Origin: Escherichia coli | GTDB lineage: Bacteria > Pseudomonadota > Gammaproteobacteria > Enterobacterales > Enterobacteriaceae | NCBI RefSeq assembly: GCF_011045215.1 | Contig: NZ_CP049201.1 | Direction: 5' to 3' (one strand) | Length of the DNA stretch: 64,000 nucleotides | Shown: one piece after another, positions 37,182-50,535 of the stretch | How positions within the stretch are numbered: the first letter of the stretch is position 1 | Layout: each line of letters starts with the position of its first letter | Program-made: the position numbers and the translations under genes | Notes under the pieces: generated by a model | Databases searched by the model: none | What the model was told of the DNA's origin: nothing | What the model saw: only the letters and a program-made list of their open reading frames with translations

Positions 37182-40100
37182 TTATTTCACTGCAAACGTA
37201 CTTTCCAGTTTGCTGTAGCCCAGGCCGTTGATCTTTTTCACTTTGATCTGCACCGGAATACGCTCTTTCATCGCTTCTACGTGGCTAATCACACCGATGG
37301 TTTTGCCACTGGCGTTCAGGGCATCCAGCGCATCAAGGGCGGTATCCAGCGTTTCGCTATCCAGCGTGCCAAAACCTTCATCAAGGAACAGCGAGTCAAT
37401 ACGCGTTTTATGGCTGACCAGATCTGAAAGCGCCAGCGCCAGCGCCAGACTGACGAGGAAACTTTCGCCGCCAGAAAGGGTACGGGTGTCGCGTACCGCA
37501 TCTGCCTGCCAGGTATCAACAACCTCGACTTCCAGCGCCTCGCTGGCTTTGCGCTGTAACAGATAGCGCCCGTGCAGCCGGGTAAGTTGCTGATTAGCGA
37601 GATGGACTAAATTATCCAGCGTCAGCCCCTGGGCAAATTTGCGGAATTTATCGCCCTCTTTGGAACCTATTAGCGAATTCAGATATCCCCAGTCCTCAAC
37701 CTGCTGCGTCATTTGAGCAATTTGCTGCATTAAGGTTTGTTGTTGCTGACGGTTATCTGCATCCTGCTTCAGCTGCTGGCGAATCTCGCCTTGACTCGTG
37801 GTGTTCTCACGCAATTTTTGGTGAGTTTGCGCTAACTCTTGCTGAATCTGCTCCACCGTCACAGTGAGAGCCAACCCGCCAGGTCGGTGTTGCTGATGCT
37901 GTGCCAGCGTTTCTGCTGTCTGAGTGACCAGCGTTTGCGCCTGACGGCGCTGGTTTTCCAGATTCTGCTTGAGCTGTTCCAGTTGCGTTAGTGTTTGTTC
38001 ATCCATTAGCGCCGCAAGGAACACCTGCTGATCGTCAAAGACGCTGGCCTGTAGCGCGGTGTCAAACTGCGCCTTGGCTTTTTGCAGACTTTGCGCCGCC
38101 AGAACGTCCTGTTGCTGTAACGTCTGCTGCTGGCTGTGTAATGCGAGACATTGTTCATGAACCTGCCGCCAGTTTTCCAGCGCCACAGTTTCTTCGCTGT
38201 GCGGGAGCTCATCACTTTGCGGCAACGTTTCCAGAATCGGCGTCAGCTGATGAATACGGTTTTGCAGCGCGGTTAATTCGTTCTGGCGATGCTGCCAGCT
38301 CTGCGCTTCTTGCTGACGTGTCGCCAACCAGCTCTCTTCTTCATCTTCCTGTGGCAATGTCAGTGCATAACCCGCCAATGCCGTTAAGAGCTGCTGCTGG
38401 CGTTGTTCAATTTGCTGTTGATACTGGATAATTTGCTGATTATGCGCGGCAATCTGCCCTTGTAATTCATGTCGTTGGCTGAGTAACCGCAGCTGGCGTT
38501 CGTGCTCATCTTGTGCATCTAGCCACGGTTGAATATCGTCCTGTGGCTGCAAGGTGATATTGAGGCTGGCCGTGACGGCTTGCCATTGTTGAGTAAGTGC
38601 TTGCTCATCTTGTCGGAGGCTTTGCGCTTCGTTTTCATCGCGCTGAAGCTGCTTCGTTAATGCATCCAGTTGCCCGCGCAGCGCCGCACCTTCTTCGCCG
38701 AGCTTTTTCACTTCTTTTTCCAGCGTTAATAGCCGGGCCTGATTAACGCCCGGTTCCAGCGCCTGATACGCCTCGACCGCTGGATGGCTGGTGGAACCAC
38801 AAAGTGGACAAGGCTGACCCGCCTGTAACTGCGCGCGCTGGGCTTCCAGCGTTTTGATGCGCGCTTCCTGCTCGCAAATGGTTTTCACATCGGCAAGTTG
38901 CTGCGTCTTTTCTTTATAACGCTGGCGCATTTCGTTAAGTGCGGCATTACGTTGCGTCTGTTCCAGAGTGACATTCTGGATAGTGACCATTAACTGCGCC
39001 AGACGTTTTTGTTGGGGAACAATCTGCCCATGCAGCGCGACCAGGCGCTGACGCAGTGGGCGTTGCTCGGCATGTTGCGCCAGGGCGCTAGCAACTTCAT
39101 CGGCGGTTAACGTCAACGTGATCGCCGCAAGCGTATTAAGTTTTTGCTCAGCATGGGTTAACTGTTGCTGCCATTGCCGCAGATGCTCGCGATCGCTGGT
39201 TTGTTGGGAGAACTGCGCACGCCAACCCGCCAGTTCGTTGTTCCACTGACGGAAGCAGTCGTGTTCCTGTAACCAGGTATTCAGGCTTTGTTGCTGCTGC
39301 TGTAATTCTGCTGACTGCTTCGCCGCGTGGTGGCGAATGCTCGCGCGAAGCGCCATTGTGCTCTGTAAGCGAGTATTTACTTCTTCAATCTGCTGGCGAG
39401 TATGCGCCAGCGCCGCGCTGTGTTCTGCGATGCGTTCCCAGTGTGGACGAAGATTTCGTGCCGGTTGTGCCAGACTAAGCGCCGCCAGTTGAGGTTGCGC
39501 TTTTTCTTCTTCGGCTAACGCCTGTTGCAAGGCCTGCTGACGGCGGCTGGCTTCTTGATGCAATTCGTCCAGACGCGTTAACCAGTTTAGTGATTGTTGT
39601 TCTTGCTGCTGCGCGGTAAGTAACTGTTTTTCTTCGTCAGTAAGTACCTGCAAACTCGCTATCAGCGATTGCACTTGTTCTGGCGTGAGCAACGCGACGC
39701 CGCTGGCCTGCGCTTGCAGCTTCTCCAGCTCAGTGCGGGCCGATTTGTGCTGCTCAAAAACCATCGCCGAGATTTGCCCGTAGATTTCAGTGCCAGTTAA
39801 CTCCTCGAGCAATTCCGCGCGTTCTTTGGGTTTGGCATTCAGGAAGGCAGCAAATTGCCCCTGCGAAAGCAGCATCGAACGGGTGAAGCGCCCGTAATCC
39901 AGTCCGGTTAACGTCGCCGTCAGTTCCAGCTTATCTTTCACTTTGTCGGCGAGAATTTTGCCATCGGCGCAGCGCGCCAGCTCTACGCGTGGCACCTGCA
40001 AATTACCGTCGGGTTGGTTACGCGCCCGATTCTGGCTCCAGAACGCGCGATACGCTTCACCTTTCAATTCAAACTCCACCTCCGCCAGACATTCGGCGGT

Positions 40101-40325
40101 ATCGCGGGTCATGAGATCATTTTGCGATTGTGAAACGTTAGAGAGACGCGGAGTTTCGTGATACAGCGCCAGACAAATGGCGTCCAGCAGGGTGGTTTTC
40201 CCCGCACCGGTTGGGCCGGTAATGGCAAACAGCCCGTTGCTGGCGAACGGCTCGCGGGTGAAATCAATCTTCCATTCGCCTTTTAATGAGTTCAGGTTTT
40301 TCAGGCGCAGGCTGAGAATTTTCAT
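37182..40325 (-). CDS. sbcC: SbcCD nuclease ATPase subunit SbcC (SMC-like, long coiled coil with Zn hook CPLC)
   Basis: 1047 aa; N-terminal Walker [10 protein letters not shown], central Q/L-rich coiled coil, CPLCGS hook, C-terminal signature [17 protein letters not shown] and Walker B. Confidence 0.95.
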   Translation of the reverse strand: MKILSLRLKNLNSLKGEWKIDFTREPFASNGLFAITGPTGAGKTTLLDAICLALYHETPRLSNVSQSQNDLMTRDTAECLAEVEFELKGEAYRAFWSQNRARNQPDGNLQVPRVELARCADGKILADKVKDKLELTATLTGLDYGRFTRSMLLSQGQFAAFLNAKPKERAELLEELTGTEIYGQISAMVFEQHKSARTELEKLQAQASGVALLTPEQVQSLIASLQVLTDEEKQLLTAQQQEQQSLNWLTRLDELHQEASRRQQALQQALAEEEKAQPQLAALSLAQPARNLRPHWERIAEHSAALAHTRQQIEEVNTRLQSTMALRASIRHHAAKQSAELQQQQQSLNTWLQEHDCFRQWNNELAGWRAQFSQQTSDREHLRQWQQQLTHAEQKLNTLAAITLTLTADEVASALAQHAEQRPLRQRLVALHGQIVPQQKRLAQLMVTIQNVTLEQTQRNAALNEMRQRYKEKTQQLADVKTICEQEARIKTLEAQRAQLQAGQPCPLCGSTSHPAVEAYQALEPGVNQARLLTLEKEVKKLGEEGAALRGQLDALTKQLQRDENEAQSLRQDEQALTQQWQAVTASLNITLQPQDDIQPWLDAQDEHERQLRLLSQRHELQGQIAAHNQQIIQYQQQIEQRQQQLLTALAGYALTLPQEDEEESWLATRQQEAQSWQHRQNELTALQNRIHQLTPILETLPQSDELPHSEETVALENWRQVHEQCLALHSQQQTLQQQDVLAAQSLQKAKAQFDTALQASVFDDQQVFLAALMDEQTLTQLEQLKQNLENQRRQAQTLVTQTAETLAQHQQHRPGGLALTVTVEQIQQELAQTHQKLRENTTSQGEIRQQLKQDADNRQQQQTLMQQIAQMTQQVEDWGYLNSLIGSKEGDKFRKFAQGLTLDNLVHLANQQLTRLHGRYLLQRKASEALEVEVVDTWQADAVRDTRTLSGGESFLVSLALALALSDLVSHKTRIDSLFLDEGFGTLDSETLDTALDALDALNASGKTIGVISHVEAMKERIPVQIKVKKINGLGYSKLESTFAVK

Positions 40326-41524
40326 GCTTCGTGTTCTCCGGCGAGGGTATGCAACGTCGTGGTGAAAAGATGCTGCAGACGTTGCTGCTGCGACTCATCC
40401 AGTTCTTCCAGTGCCAGACGGCGATTGAACACCTCTTCGACGCTGAGTTCGCTGAGGGTTTCACGCTGTTGGCTGGCTAACACACGCTCGCGCTGTTCAC
40501 GACTCCGGCGTACCAGTAATACTTCAACAGGCAATGATTCGGTTAATGTCTGGATTTTGCGCTGAATATCATGCAGATACTCATCAGTAGTGATTTCGAT
40601 ATCCAACCAGACAGGCGGCTCCTGCGATACATCGCGCCACTGTTCCAGCTGTTCGGTAATCGACGCCAGATCGCCTTTCAGCACTGCCATGGGTTGCGTT
40701 ACCGGTACGTTCAGGTTTTCCACGCTCTCTAATTTGCCGTTTGAAAATGTCACCAGATGGACATATTTACTCTTTCCGCATTCATCAAAACTCAGTGGAA
40801 TGGGGGAGCCGCAATAGCGAACATGTTCCATGCCGCCAATAATCTGTGCGCGGTGAATATGCCCGAGCGCGATGTAGTCGGCTGGTGGAAAGTTTTGTGC
40901 CGGAAACGCGTCCAGCGTGCCAATATAAATGTCACGCACGGCGTCACTTTTACTGGCCCCCACGGTCGTTAAATGTCCCGTGGCGATGATGGGCAGAGGC
41001 TGATCGCCGCGCAGTTTGCAGGCATCGGCATAGTGTTGTTGGTAATAATCGGTAATCGCTGCCAGTAAATGCTGCTGTTTTTCAATACCGTTAAGCCCCG
41101 CCTGGCTGGTAATAATGTCACGCGGACGTAAAAACGGAATGGGGCACAGCACTGCGCCTGGCGTCCCGTCGCGACGAGGCAAGATTTGCGGCGCATGTCC
41201 GGCGCTGGCGACCACGGTAGTATTGAGGAACGCCATGATATCGCGCGATTCATTCAGCGTGGCGACCGAGTCATGGTTTCCTGCCAGTACCACCAGATGA
41301 CAGCCAGTTTGCTGTAAATTGACAACAAAACGGTTGTATAACGTGCGGGCGTAACTGGGCGGCGAGCCGGTATCGAAAACATCACCAGCAACAATAATCG
41401 CATCCACCTGATGGGTTTGTGCTGTTTCCAGCAGCCAGTCAAGAAAAGCCTGATGTTCAGCTTCGCGGCTTTTACTGTAGAAGTTCTGGCCGAGATGCCA
41501 GTCTGAGGTGTGAAGAATGCGCAT
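40322..41524 (-). CDS. sbcD: SbcCD nuclease subunit SbcD (Mre11-like phosphoesterase)
   Basis: ORF track 40322..41566 trimmed to [12 protein letters not shown] (400 aa); stop overlaps the sbcC start (ATGA). Confidence 0.94.
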   Translation of the reverse strand: MRILHTSDWHLGQNFYSKSREAEHQAFLDWLLETAQTHQVDAIIVAGDVFDTGSPPSYARTLYNRFVVNLQQTGCHLVVLAGNHDSVATLNESRDIMAFLNTTVVASAGHAPQILPRRDGTPGAVLCPIPFLRPRDIITSQAGLNGIEKQQHLLAAITDYYQQHYADACKLRGDQPLPIIATGHLTTVGASKSDAVRDIYIGTLDAFPAQNFPPADYIALGHIHRAQIIGGMEHVRYCGSPIPLSFDECGKSKYVHLVTFSNGKLESVENLNVPVTQPMAVLKGDLASITEQLEQWRDVSQEPPVWLDIEITTDEYLHDIQRKIQTLTESLPVEVLLVRRSREQRERVLASQQRETLSELSVEEVFNRRLALEELDESQQQRLQHLFTTTLHTLAGEHEA

Positions 41525-41632
41525 AACGGTTCCCTGGCGAAAAAGCATGGGCGCGATTATACCCAAACAGATGTGCCATTTGCTTTTTTCTGCGCCACGG
41601 AAATCAATAACCTGAAGATATGTGCGACGAGC

Positions 41633-41670
41633 TTTTCATAAATCTGTCATAAATCTGACGCATAATGACG
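41633..41670 (+). promoter_or_regulatory. phoB promoter Pho boxes (TTTTCATAAATCTGTCATAAATCTGAC) and -10 region
   Basis: Tandem CTGTCAT-type 7-bp direct repeats with 4-bp spacers, 45-80 bp upstream of the phoB ATG. Confidence 0.8.
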
Positions 41671-41713
41671 TCGCATTAATGATCGCAACCTATTTATTAC
41701 AACAGGGCAAATC

Positions 41714-42403
41714 ATGGCGAGACGTATTCTGGTCGTAGAAGATGAAGCTCCAATTCGCGAAATGGTCTGCTTCGTGCTCGAACAAAATGGCTTTCAGCCG
41801 GTCGAAGCGGAAGATTATGACAGTGCTGTGAATCAACTGAATGAACCCTGGCCGGATTTAATTCTCCTTGACTGGATGTTACCTGGCGGCTCCGGTATCC
41901 AGTTCATCAAACACCTCAAGCGCGAGTCGATGACCCGGGATATTCCAGTGGTGATGTTGACCGCCAGAGGGGAAGAAGAAGATCGCGTGCGCGGCCTTGA
42001 AACCGGCGCGGATGACTATATCACCAAGCCGTTTTCGCCGAAGGAGCTGGTGGCGCGAATCAAAGCGGTAATGCGCCGTATATCGCCGATGGCGGTGGAA
42101 GAGGTGATTGAGATGCAGGGACTAAGTCTGGACCCGACATCTCACCGGGTGATGGCGGGTGAAGAGCCGCTGGAGATGGGGCCGACAGAATTTAAACTGC
42201 TGCACTTTTTTATGACGCATCCTGAGCGCGTGTACAGCCGCGAGCAGCTGTTAAACCACGTCTGGGGAACCAACGTGTATGTGGAAGATCGCACGGTCGA
42301 TGTCCACATTCGTCGCCTGCGTAAAGCTCTGGAGCCCGGCGGGCATGACCGCATGGTGCAGACCGTGCGCGGTACAGGATATCGTTTTTCAACCCGCTTT
42401 TAA
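41714..42403 (+). CDS. phoB: Phosphate regulon response regulator PhoB
   Basis: 229 aa, [27 protein letters not shown]..., OmpR-family winged helix. Confidence 0.95.
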
Positions 42404-42460
42404 CGCCTTGCTCATCGGACGCAGAGCAGGGCTTATGATTTCTTAACTGGAGTATCTTAC

Positions 42461-43756
42461 GTGCTGGAACGGCTGTCGTGGAAAAGGCTGGTGCTGGAGC
42501 TGCTACTTTGCTGCCTCCCGGCTTTCATCCTGGGTGCATTTTTTGGTTACCTGCCCTGGTTTTTGCTGGCATCGGTAACGGGACTGCTTATCTGGCATTT
42601 CTGGAATTTATTGCGCCTTTCATGGTGGCTGTGGGTGGATCGTAGTATGACCCCGCCACCGGGGCGTGGTAGCTGGGAACCGCTACTATACGGCTTACAC
42701 CAGATGCAGCTGCGAAATAAAAAACGCCGCCGCGAGCTGGGTAATCTGATTAAACGCTTTCGTAGCGGCGCGGAGTCGCTGCCCGACGCAGTGGTGCTGA
42801 CCACGGAAGAGGGCGGTATTTTCTGGTGTAACGGTCTGGCGCAACAGATTCTTGGTTTGCGCTGGCCGGAAGATAACGGGCAGAACATCCTTAACCTGCT
42901 GCGTTACCCGGAGTTTACGCAATATCTGAAAACGCGTGATTTTTCTCGCCCGCTCAATCTGGTGCTCAACACCGGGCGGCATCTCGAAATTCGCGTCATG
43001 CCTTATACCCACAAACAGTTGCTGATGGTGGCGCGTGATGTCACGCAAATGCATCAACTGGAAGGGGCGCGGCGTAACTTTTTTGCCAACGTGAGCCATG
43101 AGTTACGTACGCCATTGACCGTGTTACAGGGTTACCTGGAGATGATGGATGAGCAGCCGCTGGAAGGCGCGGTACGTGAAAAAGCGTTGCACACCATGCG
43201 CGAGCAGACCCAGCGGATGGAAGGGTTGGTGAAGCAATTGCTGACGCTGTCGAAAATTGAAGCCGCGCCGACGCATTTGCTCAATGAAAAGGTTGATGTG
43301 CCGATGATGCTGCGCGTTGTTGAGCGCGAGGCTCAGACTCTGAGTCAGAAAAAACAGACATTTACCTTTGAGATAGATAACGGCCTCAAGGTGTCTGGCA
43401 ACGAAGATCAGCTACGCAGTGCGATTTCGAACCTGGTCTATAACGCCGTGAATCATACGCCGGAAGGCACGCATATCACCGTACGCTGGCAGCGAGTGCC
43501 GCACGGTGCCGAATTTAGCGTTGAAGATAACGGACCGGGCATTGCACCGGAGCATATTCCGCGCCTGACCGAGCGTTTTTATCGCGTTGATAAAGCGCGT
43601 TCCCGGCAAACCGGCGGTAGCGGATTAGGGTTAGCGATCGTGAAACATGCGGTGAATCATCACGAAAGTCGCCTGAATATTGAGAGTACAGTAGGAAAAG
43701 GAACACGTTTCAGCTTTGTTATCCCGGAACGTTTAATTGCCAAAAACAGCGATTAA
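42461..43756 (+). CDS. phoR: Phosphate regulon sensor histidine kinase PhoR
   Basis: 431 aa with N-terminal TM segment, PAS, H-box [10 protein letters not shown] and ATPase motifs. Confidence 0.95.
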   Translation: MLERLSWKRLVLELLLCCLPAFILGAFFGYLPWFLLASVTGLLIWHFWNLLRLSWWLWVDRSMTPPPGRGSWEPLLYGLHQMQLRNKKRRRELGNLIKRFRSGAESLPDAVVLTTEEGGIFWCNGLAQQILGLRWPEDNGQNILNLLRYPEFTQYLKTRDFSRPLNLVLNTGRHLEIRVMPYTHKQLLMVARDVTQMHQLEGARRNFFANVSHELRTPLTVLQGYLEMMDEQPLEGAVREKALHTMREQTQRMEGLVKQLLTLSKIEAAPTHLLNEKVDVPMMLRVVEREAQTLSQKKQTFTFEIDNGLKVSGNEDQLRSAISNLVYNAVNHTPEGTHITVRWQRVPHGAEFSVEDNGPGIAPEHIPRLTERFYRVDKARSRQTGGSGLGLAIVKHAVNHHESRLNIESTVGKGTRFSFVIPERLIAKNSD

Positions 43757-44162
43757 TCCGCCTTTGTCATCTTTTATTGCCATAAGCCAGCCAATGCTGG
43801 CTTATTTTCTTTGCAGTCAAAATACGGGCGTTAGATTTTACAACGGTTGGTGATTTTTTGTTCGCATGATTAGCCATGTCTTTTTCACGGAAATAGTGTT
43901 TTATACTGGTTGGTGATTTCTTATCGCTATATACCTCTGGTTTTTAGATCCCTCCTTGCTTTAAAACGTTATAAGCGTTTAAATTGCGCTTCAGGTGCTG
44001 TCATACTGACTGCATTAACGCGGTAAATCGAAAAACTATTCTTCGCCGCGCCTGGTTGGGAGTATTTCCCGCTAAAATTGTTTAAATATACCGCTGTATC
44101 ATCCCCAGGGATTGGCACAAAAATTTAACGTTACAACACCACATCCACAGGCAGTATGATTT

Positions 44163-45482
44163 ATGACCCATCAATTAAGATCGCGCGATATCATCGCTCT
44201 GGGCTTTATGACATTTGCGTTGTTCGTCGGCGCAGGTAACATTATTTTTCCTCCAATGGTCGGCTTGCAGGCAGGCGAACACGTCTGGACTGCGGCATTC
44301 GGCTTCCTCATTACTGCCGTTGGCCTGCCGGTATTAACGGTAGTGGCGCTGGCAAAAGTTGGCGGCGGTGTTGACAGCCTCAGCACGCCAATCGGTAAAG
44401 TCGCTGGCGTACTGCTGGCAACGGTTTGTTACCTGGCGGTGGGGCCGCTTTTCGCTACGCCGCGTACAGCTACCGTTTCCTTTGAAGTGGGGATTGCGCC
44501 GCTGACGGGTGATTCCGCGCTGCCGCTGTTTATCTACAGCCTGGTCTATTTCGCTATCGTTATTCTGGTTTCGCTCTATCCGGGCAAGCTGCTGGATACC
44601 GTGGGCAACTTCCTTGCGCCGCTGAAAATTATCGCGCTGATCATCCTGTCTGTTGCCGCGATTGTCTGGCCGGCGGGTTCTATCAGCACGGCGACTGAGG
44701 CTTATCAAAACGCTGCGTTTTCTAACGGCTTCGTTAACGGCTATCTGACCATGGATACGCTGGGCGCAATGGTGTTTGGTATCGTTATTGTTAACGCGGC
44801 GCGTTCTCGTGGCGTTACCGAAGCGCGTCTGCTGACCCGTTATACCGTCTGGGCTGGCCTGATGGCGGGTGTTGGTCTGACTCTGCTGTACCTGGCGCTG
44901 TTCCGTCTGGGTTCAGACAGCGCGTCGCTGGTCGATCAGTCTGCAAACGGCGCTGCTATTCTGCATGCTTACGTTCAGCACACCTTTGGCGGCGGCGGTA
45001 GCTTCCTGCTGGCGGCGTTAATCTTCATCGCCTGCCTGGTAACGGCAGTTGGCCTGACCTGTGCTTGTGCAGAATTCTTTGCCCAGTACGTACCGCTCTC
45101 TTATCGTACGCTGGTGTTTATCCTCGGCGGCTTCTCGATGGTGGTTTCTAACCTCGGCTTAAGCCAGCTGATCCAGATCTCCGTACCGGTGCTGACCGCT
45201 ATTTATCCGCCGTGTATCGCACTGGTTGTATTAAGTTTTACACGCTCATGGTGGCATAATTCGTCCCGCGTGATTGCTCCGCCGATGTTTATCAGCCTGC
45301 TTTTTGGTATTCTCGACGGGATCAAAGCATCTGCATTCAGCGATATCTTACCGTCCTGGGCGCAGCGTTTACCGCTGGCCGAACAAGGTCTGGCGTGGTT
45401 AATGCCAACAGTGGTGATGGTGGTTCTGGCCATTATCTGGGATCGCGCGGCAGGTCGTCAGGTGACCTCCAGCGCTCACTAA
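44163..45482 (+). CDS. brnQ: Branched-chain amino acid transport system 2 carrier BrnQ
   Basis: 439-aa polytopic membrane protein matching BrnQ. Confidence 0.93.
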   Translation: MTHQLRSRDIIALGFMTFALFVGAGNIIFPPMVGLQAGEHVWTAAFGFLITAVGLPVLTVVALAKVGGGVDSLSTPIGKVAGVLLATVCYLAVGPLFATPRTATVSFEVGIAPLTGDSALPLFIYSLVYFAIVILVSLYPGKLLDTVGNFLAPLKIIALIILSVAAIVWPAGSISTATEAYQNAAFSNGFVNGYLTMDTLGAMVFGIVIVNAARSRGVTEARLLTRYTVWAGLMAGVGLTLLYLALFRLGSDSASLVDQSANGAAILHAYVQHTFGGGGSFLLAALIFIACLVTAVGLTCACAEFFAQYVPLSYRTLVFILGGFSMVVSNLGLSQLIQISVPVLTAIYPPCIALVVLSFTRSWWHNSSRVIAPPMFISLLFGILDGIKASAFSDILPSWAQRLPLAEQGLAWLMPTVVMVVLAIIWDRAAGRQVTSSAH

Positions 45483-45557
45483 ATCACTGAACATTTGTTT
45501 TAACCACGGGGCTGCGATGCCCCGTGGTTTTTTATTGTGTTGATGGGTTAGGAATTG

Positions 45558-46931
45558 ATGGAAAGTAAGAACAAGCTAAAGCGTGGGCTAAGTACCCGCC
45601 ACATACGCTTTATGGCACTGGGTTCAGCAATTGGCACCGGGCTGTTTTACGGTTCGGCAGACGCCATCAAAATGGCCGGTCCGAGCGTGTTGTTGGCCTA
45701 TATTATCGGTGGTATCGCGGCGTATATCATTATGCGTGCGCTGGGGGAAATGTCGGTACATAACCCGGCCGCCAGCTCTTTCTCGCGTTATGCGCAGGAA
45801 AACCTCGGCCCGCTGGCAGGTTACATTACCGGCTGGACCTACTGCTTTGAAATCCTTATTGTCGCCATCGCCGATGTGACCGCTTTTGGTATCTATATGG
45901 GTGTCTGGTTCCCGACGGTGCCGCACTGGATTTGGGTACTGAGCGTGGTGCTGATCATTTGCGCCGTAAACCTGATGAGCGTGAAGGTATTCGGTGAGCT
46001 GGAATTCTGGTTCTCGTTCTTTAAAGTCGCCACTATCATCATCATGATTGTCGCCGGTTTCGGCATCATCATCTGGGGGATTGGCAACGGCGGGCAACCG
46101 ACCGGTATTCATAACCTGTGGAGCAACGGCGGCTTCTTCAGTAACGGCTGGCTTGGCATGGTGATGTCGTTGCAAATGGTGATGTTTGCTTACGGTGGGA
46201 TCGAAATTATCGGGATTACCGCCGGTGAAGCGAAAGATCCTGAGAAATCGATACCGCGTGCGATTAACTCCGTGCCGATGCGTATTCTGGTGTTCTACGT
46301 CGGTACGCTGTTCGTCATTATGTCTATCTACCCGTGGAATCAGGTTGGCACTGCCGGTAGCCCGTTCGTGCTGACGTTCCAGCATATGGGCATTACCTTT
46401 GCCGCCAGCATTCTTAACTTTGTTGTGCTGACTGCTTCGCTGTCGGCAATTAACAGTGACGTATTTGGCGTAGGCCGTATGCTCCACGGTATGGCAGAGC
46501 AGGGCAGCGCACCGAAAATTTTCAGCAAAACGTCGCGTCGCGGTATTCCGTGGGTTACGGTGCTGGTGATGACTACCGCGCTGCTGTTTGCGGTGTATCT
46601 GAACTACATCATGCCGGAAAACGTCTTCCTGGTGATCGCTTCGCTGGCAACCTTCGCCACGGTGTGGGTGTGGATTATGATCCTGCTGTCGCAAATTGCC
46701 TTCCGTCGCCGTTTGCCGCCAGAAGAAGTTAAGGCGCTGAAATTTAAAGTGCCGGGTGGGGTAGCAACGACCATCGGCGGGCTGATTTTCCTGCTCTTTA
46801 TTATCGGGTTGATTGGTTATCACCCGGATACGCGTATCTCGCTGTATGTCGGTTTCGCGTGGATTGTTGTGCTGTTGATTGGCTGGATGTTTAAACGCCG
46901 CCACGATCGTCAGCTGGCTGAAAACCAGTAA
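45558..46931 (+). CDS. proY: Proline-specific permease ProY (APC family)
   Basis: ORF track 45555..46931 trimmed to [33 protein letters not shown] (457 aa). Confidence 0.93.
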   Translation: MESKNKLKRGLSTRHIRFMALGSAIGTGLFYGSADAIKMAGPSVLLAYIIGGIAAYIIMRALGEMSVHNPAASSFSRYAQENLGPLAGYITGWTYCFEILIVAIADVTAFGIYMGVWFPTVPHWIWVLSVVLIICAVNLMSVKVFGELEFWFSFFKVATIIIMIVAGFGIIIWGIGNGGQPTGIHNLWSNGGFFSNGWLGMVMSLQMVMFAYGGIEIIGITAGEAKDPEKSIPRAINSVPMRILVFYVGTLFVIMSIYPWNQVGTAGSPFVLTFQHMGITFAASILNFVVLTASLSAINSDVFGVGRMLHGMAEQGSAPKIFSKTSRRGIPWVTVLVMTTALLFAVYLNYIMPENVFLVIASLATFATVWVWIMILLSQIAFRRRLPPEEVKALKFKVPGGVATTIGGLIFLLFIIGLIGYHPDTRISLYVGFAWIVVLLIGWMFKRRHDRQLAENQ

Positions 46932-47089
46932 TACTTGCGTTCTGTAAGCCGGTTCAGGAGGAAATCCTGATCCGGCTATTCCGAAAGTTATCCGCCCCCG
47001 TCCTCCTCCCCCAAATATCCTTCAGATGATGAGTGATCCTGCATTAGGCTATGGCAAGGTGATCAGATTTTCATCACAGGGGAATTATG

Positions 47090-48904
47090 ATGTTAAATGC
47101 ATGGCACCTGCCGGTGCCCCCATTTGTTAAACAAAGCAAAGATCAACTGCTCATTACACTGTGGCTGACGGGCGAAGACCCACCGCAGCGCATTATGCTG
47201 CGTACAGAACACGATAACGAAGAAATGTCAGTACCGATGCATAAGCAGCGCAGTCAGCCGCAGCCAGGCGTCACGGCATGGCGGGCGGCGATCGATCTCT
47301 CCAGCGGACAACCCCGGCGGCGTTATAGTTTCAAATTGCTTTGGCACGATCGCCAGCGTTGGTTTACACCGCAAGGCTTCAGCCGAATGCCGCCGGCACG
47401 ACTGGAGCAGTTTGCCATCGATGTACCGGATATCGGTTCACAATGGGCTGCGGATCAGATTTTTTATCAGATCTTCCCTGATCGTTTCGCCCGTAGTCTT
47501 CCTCGTGAAGCTGAACAGGATCATGTCTATTACCATCACGCAGCCGGACAAGAGATCATATTGCGTGACTGGGATGAACCGGTCACGGCGCAGGCGGGCG
47601 GATCAACGTTCTATGGCGGCGATCTGGACGGGATAAGCGAAAAACTGCCGTATCTGAAAAAACTTGGCGTGACGGCGTTGTATCTCAATCCGGTGTTTAA
47701 AGCTCCCAGCGTACATAAATACGATACCGAGGATTATCGCCATGTCGATCCGCAGTTTGGCGGTGATGGGGCGTTGCTGCGTTTGCGACACAATACGCAG
47801 CAGCTGGGAATGCGGCTGGTGCTGGACGGCGTGTTTAACCACAGTGGCGATTCCCATGCCTGGTTTGACAGGCATAATCGTGGCACGGGTGGTGCTTGTC
47901 ACAACCCCGAATCCCCCTGGCGCGACTGGTACTCGTTTAGTGATGATGGCACGGCGCTCGACTGGCTGGGCTATGCCAGCTTGCCGAAGCTGGATTATCA
48001 GTCGGAAAGTCTGGTGAATGAAATTTATCGCGGGGAAGACAGTATTGTCCGCCACTGGCTGAAAGCGCCGTGGAATATGGACGGCTGGCGGCTGGATGTG
48101 GTGCATATGCTGGGGGAGGCGGGTGGGGCGCGCAATAATTTGCAGCACGTTGCCGGGATCACCGAAGCGGCGAAAGAAACACAGCCGGAAGCGTATATTG
48201 TCGGCGAACATTTTGGCGATGCACGGCAATGGTTACAGGCCGATGTGGAAGATGCCGCCATGAACTATCGCGGCTTTACCTTCCCGTTGTGGGGATTTCT
48301 CGCCAATACCGATATCTCTTACGATCCGCAGCAAATTGATGCCCAAACCTGTATGGCCTGGATGGATAATTACCGCGCAGGGCTTTCTCATCAACAACAA
48401 TTACGTATGTTTAATCAGCTCGACAGCCACGATACTGCGCGATTTAAAACGCTGCTCGGTAGGGGGGTTGCGCGCCTGCCGCTGGCGGTGGTCTGGCTGT
48501 TCACCTGGCCTGGTGTACCGTGCATTTATTACGGTGATGAAGTGGGACTGGATGGTAAAAACGATCCGTTTTGCCGTAAACCGTTCCCCTGGCAGGTGGA
48601 AAAGCAGGATACGGCGTTATTCGCGCTGTACCAGCGAATGATTGCGCTGCGTAAGAAAAGTCAGGCGCTGCGTCGTGGTGGCTGTCAGGTGCTGTATGCG
48701 GAAGATAACGTGGTGGTATTTGTCCGCGTGCTGAATCAGCAGCGTGTACTGGTGGCAATCAACCGTGGAGAAGCCTGTGAAGTGGTGCTACCCGCGTCAC
48801 CGTTGTTTAATGTTGCGCAATGGCAACGCAAAGAAGGCCATGGGCAACTGTCAGACGGGATTCTGGCTTTGCCTGCCATTTCGGCTACGGTATGGATGAA
48901 CTAA
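47090..48904 (+). CDS. malZ: Maltodextrin glucosidase
   Basis: ORF track 47087..48904 trimmed to [12 protein letters not shown] (604 aa); GH13 motifs ([13 protein letters not shown]). Confidence 0.94.
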   Translation: MLNAWHLPVPPFVKQSKDQLLITLWLTGEDPPQRIMLRTEHDNEEMSVPMHKQRSQPQPGVTAWRAAIDLSSGQPRRRYSFKLLWHDRQRWFTPQGFSRMPPARLEQFAIDVPDIGSQWAADQIFYQIFPDRFARSLPREAEQDHVYYHHAAGQEIILRDWDEPVTAQAGGSTFYGGDLDGISEKLPYLKKLGVTALYLNPVFKAPSVHKYDTEDYRHVDPQFGGDGALLRLRHNTQQLGMRLVLDGVFNHSGDSHAWFDRHNRGTGGACHNPESPWRDWYSFSDDGTALDWLGYASLPKLDYQSESLVNEIYRGEDSIVRHWLKAPWNMDGWRLDVVHMLGEAGGARNNLQHVAGITEAAKETQPEAYIVGEHFGDARQWLQADVEDAAMNYRGFTFPLWGFLANTDISYDPQQIDAQTCMAWMDNYRAGLSHQQQLRMFNQLDSHDTARFKTLLGRGVARLPLAVVWLFTWPGVPCIYYGDEVGLDGKNDPFCRKPFPWQVEKQDTALFALYQRMIALRKKSQALRRGGCQVLYAEDNVVVFVRVLNQQRVLVAINRGEACEVVLPASPLFNVAQWQRKEGHGQLSDGILALPAISATVWMN

Positions 48905-48938
48905 AGCATCTGTTTTATTTGTTACGTCGTTAGTCATC

Positions 48939-48990
48939 AGCCCTGACACTACGCAGCGAAAAAGCTGCACAATGTCAGGGCTGAGTTTGT
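48939..48990 (+). terminator. Nested hairpin downstream of malZ (putative terminator)
   Basis: CAGCCCTGACA...TGTCAGGGCTG outer stem enclosing GCAGCGAAAAAGCTGC, followed by a T-rich stretch. Confidence 0.45.
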
Positions 48991-49089
48991 TAAATATTTG
49001 TCCCGATCGATATGAGCGATTTTTGGTATTCTTTGCCCATGAGGTTATGTACAACCTGCTCCAGGATAACCCTGTAGTGGAGCAAAGAT

Positions 49090-50535
49090 ATGACAATTTC
49101 AAATTCGAATTTATTGAAACCGTTTATTACTGGTACTGAGTTGCCACCTTTTAAAGAGGATGTCTTTTCTAAAACAGAAGAACAATTTAAAAAAAGCACC
49201 TATGGCAAATCGCTTTTCATTTCCGGAAATGAAAACTTAGTAAACATTTCAGCGGAAAAAATCGATGAAATAAAAAATAGCAAAAATTTCTTTTCAAACA
49301 TTGTAAATATAATAATTTTACTCATTAAGCATCCTGATAAAATTCTGCCCATTCTTCATGGTTGTCCTGTAGAGTCGATCGAAGTCATTAAGAATGCGAA
49401 ACGAACGGGACAATGGTCATATGAGATGACTGATAAGAACGGGCAGAGTATTGAAGTGTCCTATATTTTCACTGATACCATAGATGATAAATCTGATGGA
49501 AAATTATGCTTAAAAATCTGTAACTCCTGCAACCAAAATGATTCTAGTACACATGAATATAAAATAGATCATCAACAGTTGAAAAATCATATAAGGCAAC
49601 TTGAGGAGTGGGCCCTTCTTGAAAAGTTTTATGATAACAACGCTTATTATTCTAAACGTACAAAACAATTAGAGAAGAAAATTGCCGATGCGGGGTTTAT
49701 AACAAGGAAGGTTAAAGCCGAGAACTTTAATGTAAAAGAGTTTAAAGACGATATAGCCTCGATGCTTTGTGAACAGCCCCCCATGCGTACACACCAGATT
49801 TCTTCATCCGGATACGTATCTGCCGATAAACTGCACAAACTCTATAAGACAAATTTGGAAGACGCGCAGAGAGATCTGAAAACAACACCGGTTGACATCG
49901 ATGGTGTTAGTCTAAAATCAATAACTCGGGAAAAAATTGCGGAAGAAATTGCGAAAAAAACTGCGGAAATAATTGCGAAACAAAATGCGAAGAGCATTGA
50001 GGAGAAGAATATTGAAAAAAACAAGAAACAAACAAATTCTGAGGATAATTTTGTCTTAAAATTCTCACCGGAAGAAATCAATGAGATGCTCCTGGATTAC
50101 AGCGATGAAGAACAAAAAAAATTAAGACCTTTTTTCACTAGTGATCACATCTATTGTTTGTTTGATGCTTTTAGTCAGGGTTTGCATAATGTTGCTCGTA
50201 ATGGCAGTCCACGGTATGCAGGTTTACTACGTCAAATAGCATCCAAGTCTGCGATATTACAAGATTTTGATCAACAATTGTTCTGGCGCACGTTTACAGG
50301 AGGGGTCCTCCATCGACATATCTCTGTGAAGAGCGAGCCAGAAAAGACAGATGTATGGCGATTCAGTAGCCAATTTGATTTTCCACATACAAATGAAAAC
50401 GGAGAGTTGTCCAGAACGGTACTCATGTTCGAGGGGGTTGCTGAAAGCAACTTTAAAGATATCGCCAATCATTCCAGCGAATGTTTTTCTTACCGTTGTT
50501 ATGCCGCCCCGCTGGATGCGAATGCTAAAAAATAG
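49090..50535 (+). CDS. Hypothetical protein, 481 aa, AT-rich strain-variable gene; no recognisable domain
   Basis: Long ORF with markedly lower GC than the flanking malZ/acpH. Lys/Asn/Ser/Glu-rich, no signal peptide or TM segment; central charged helical region (EKIAEEIAKKTAEIIAKQNAKSIEEKNIEKNKK). Confidence 0.7.
   Translation: MTISNSNLLKPFITGTELPPFKEDVFSKTEEQFKKSTYGKSLFISGNENLVNISAEKIDEIKNSKNFFSNIVNIIILLIKHPDKILPILHGCPVESIEVIKNAKRTGQWSYEMTDKNGQSIEVSYIFTDTIDDKSDGKLCLKICNSCNQNDSSTHEYKIDHQQLKNHIRQLEEWALLEKFYDNNAYYSKRTKQLEKKIADAGFITRKVKAENFNVKEFKDDIASMLCEQPPMRTHQISSSGYVSADKLHKLYKTNLEDAQRDLKTTPVDIDGVSLKSITREKIAEEIAKKTAEIIAKQNAKSIEEKNIEKNKKQTNSEDNFVLKFSPEEINEMLLDYSDEEQKKLRPFFTSDHIYCLFDAFSQGLHNVARNGSPRYAGLLRQIASKSAILQDFDQQLFWRTFTGGVLHRHISVKSEPEKTDVWRFSSQFDFPHTNENGELSRTVLMFEGVAESNFKDIANHSSECFSYRCYAAPLDANAKK

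Noticed and set aside
43757-44162. 406-bp intergenic region between phoR and brnQ, considered for a small RNA or small protein
   Set aside because: No strong promoter-plus-terminator pair or conserved hairpin was detected by eye; most likely the brnQ promoter and leader.
45624-46904. 426-aa antisense ORF covering proY
   Set aside because: Fully overlapped by the conserved proY coding sequence on the opposite strand. The translation is Arg/His/Gln-rich nonsense typical of antisense frames in GC-rich genes.
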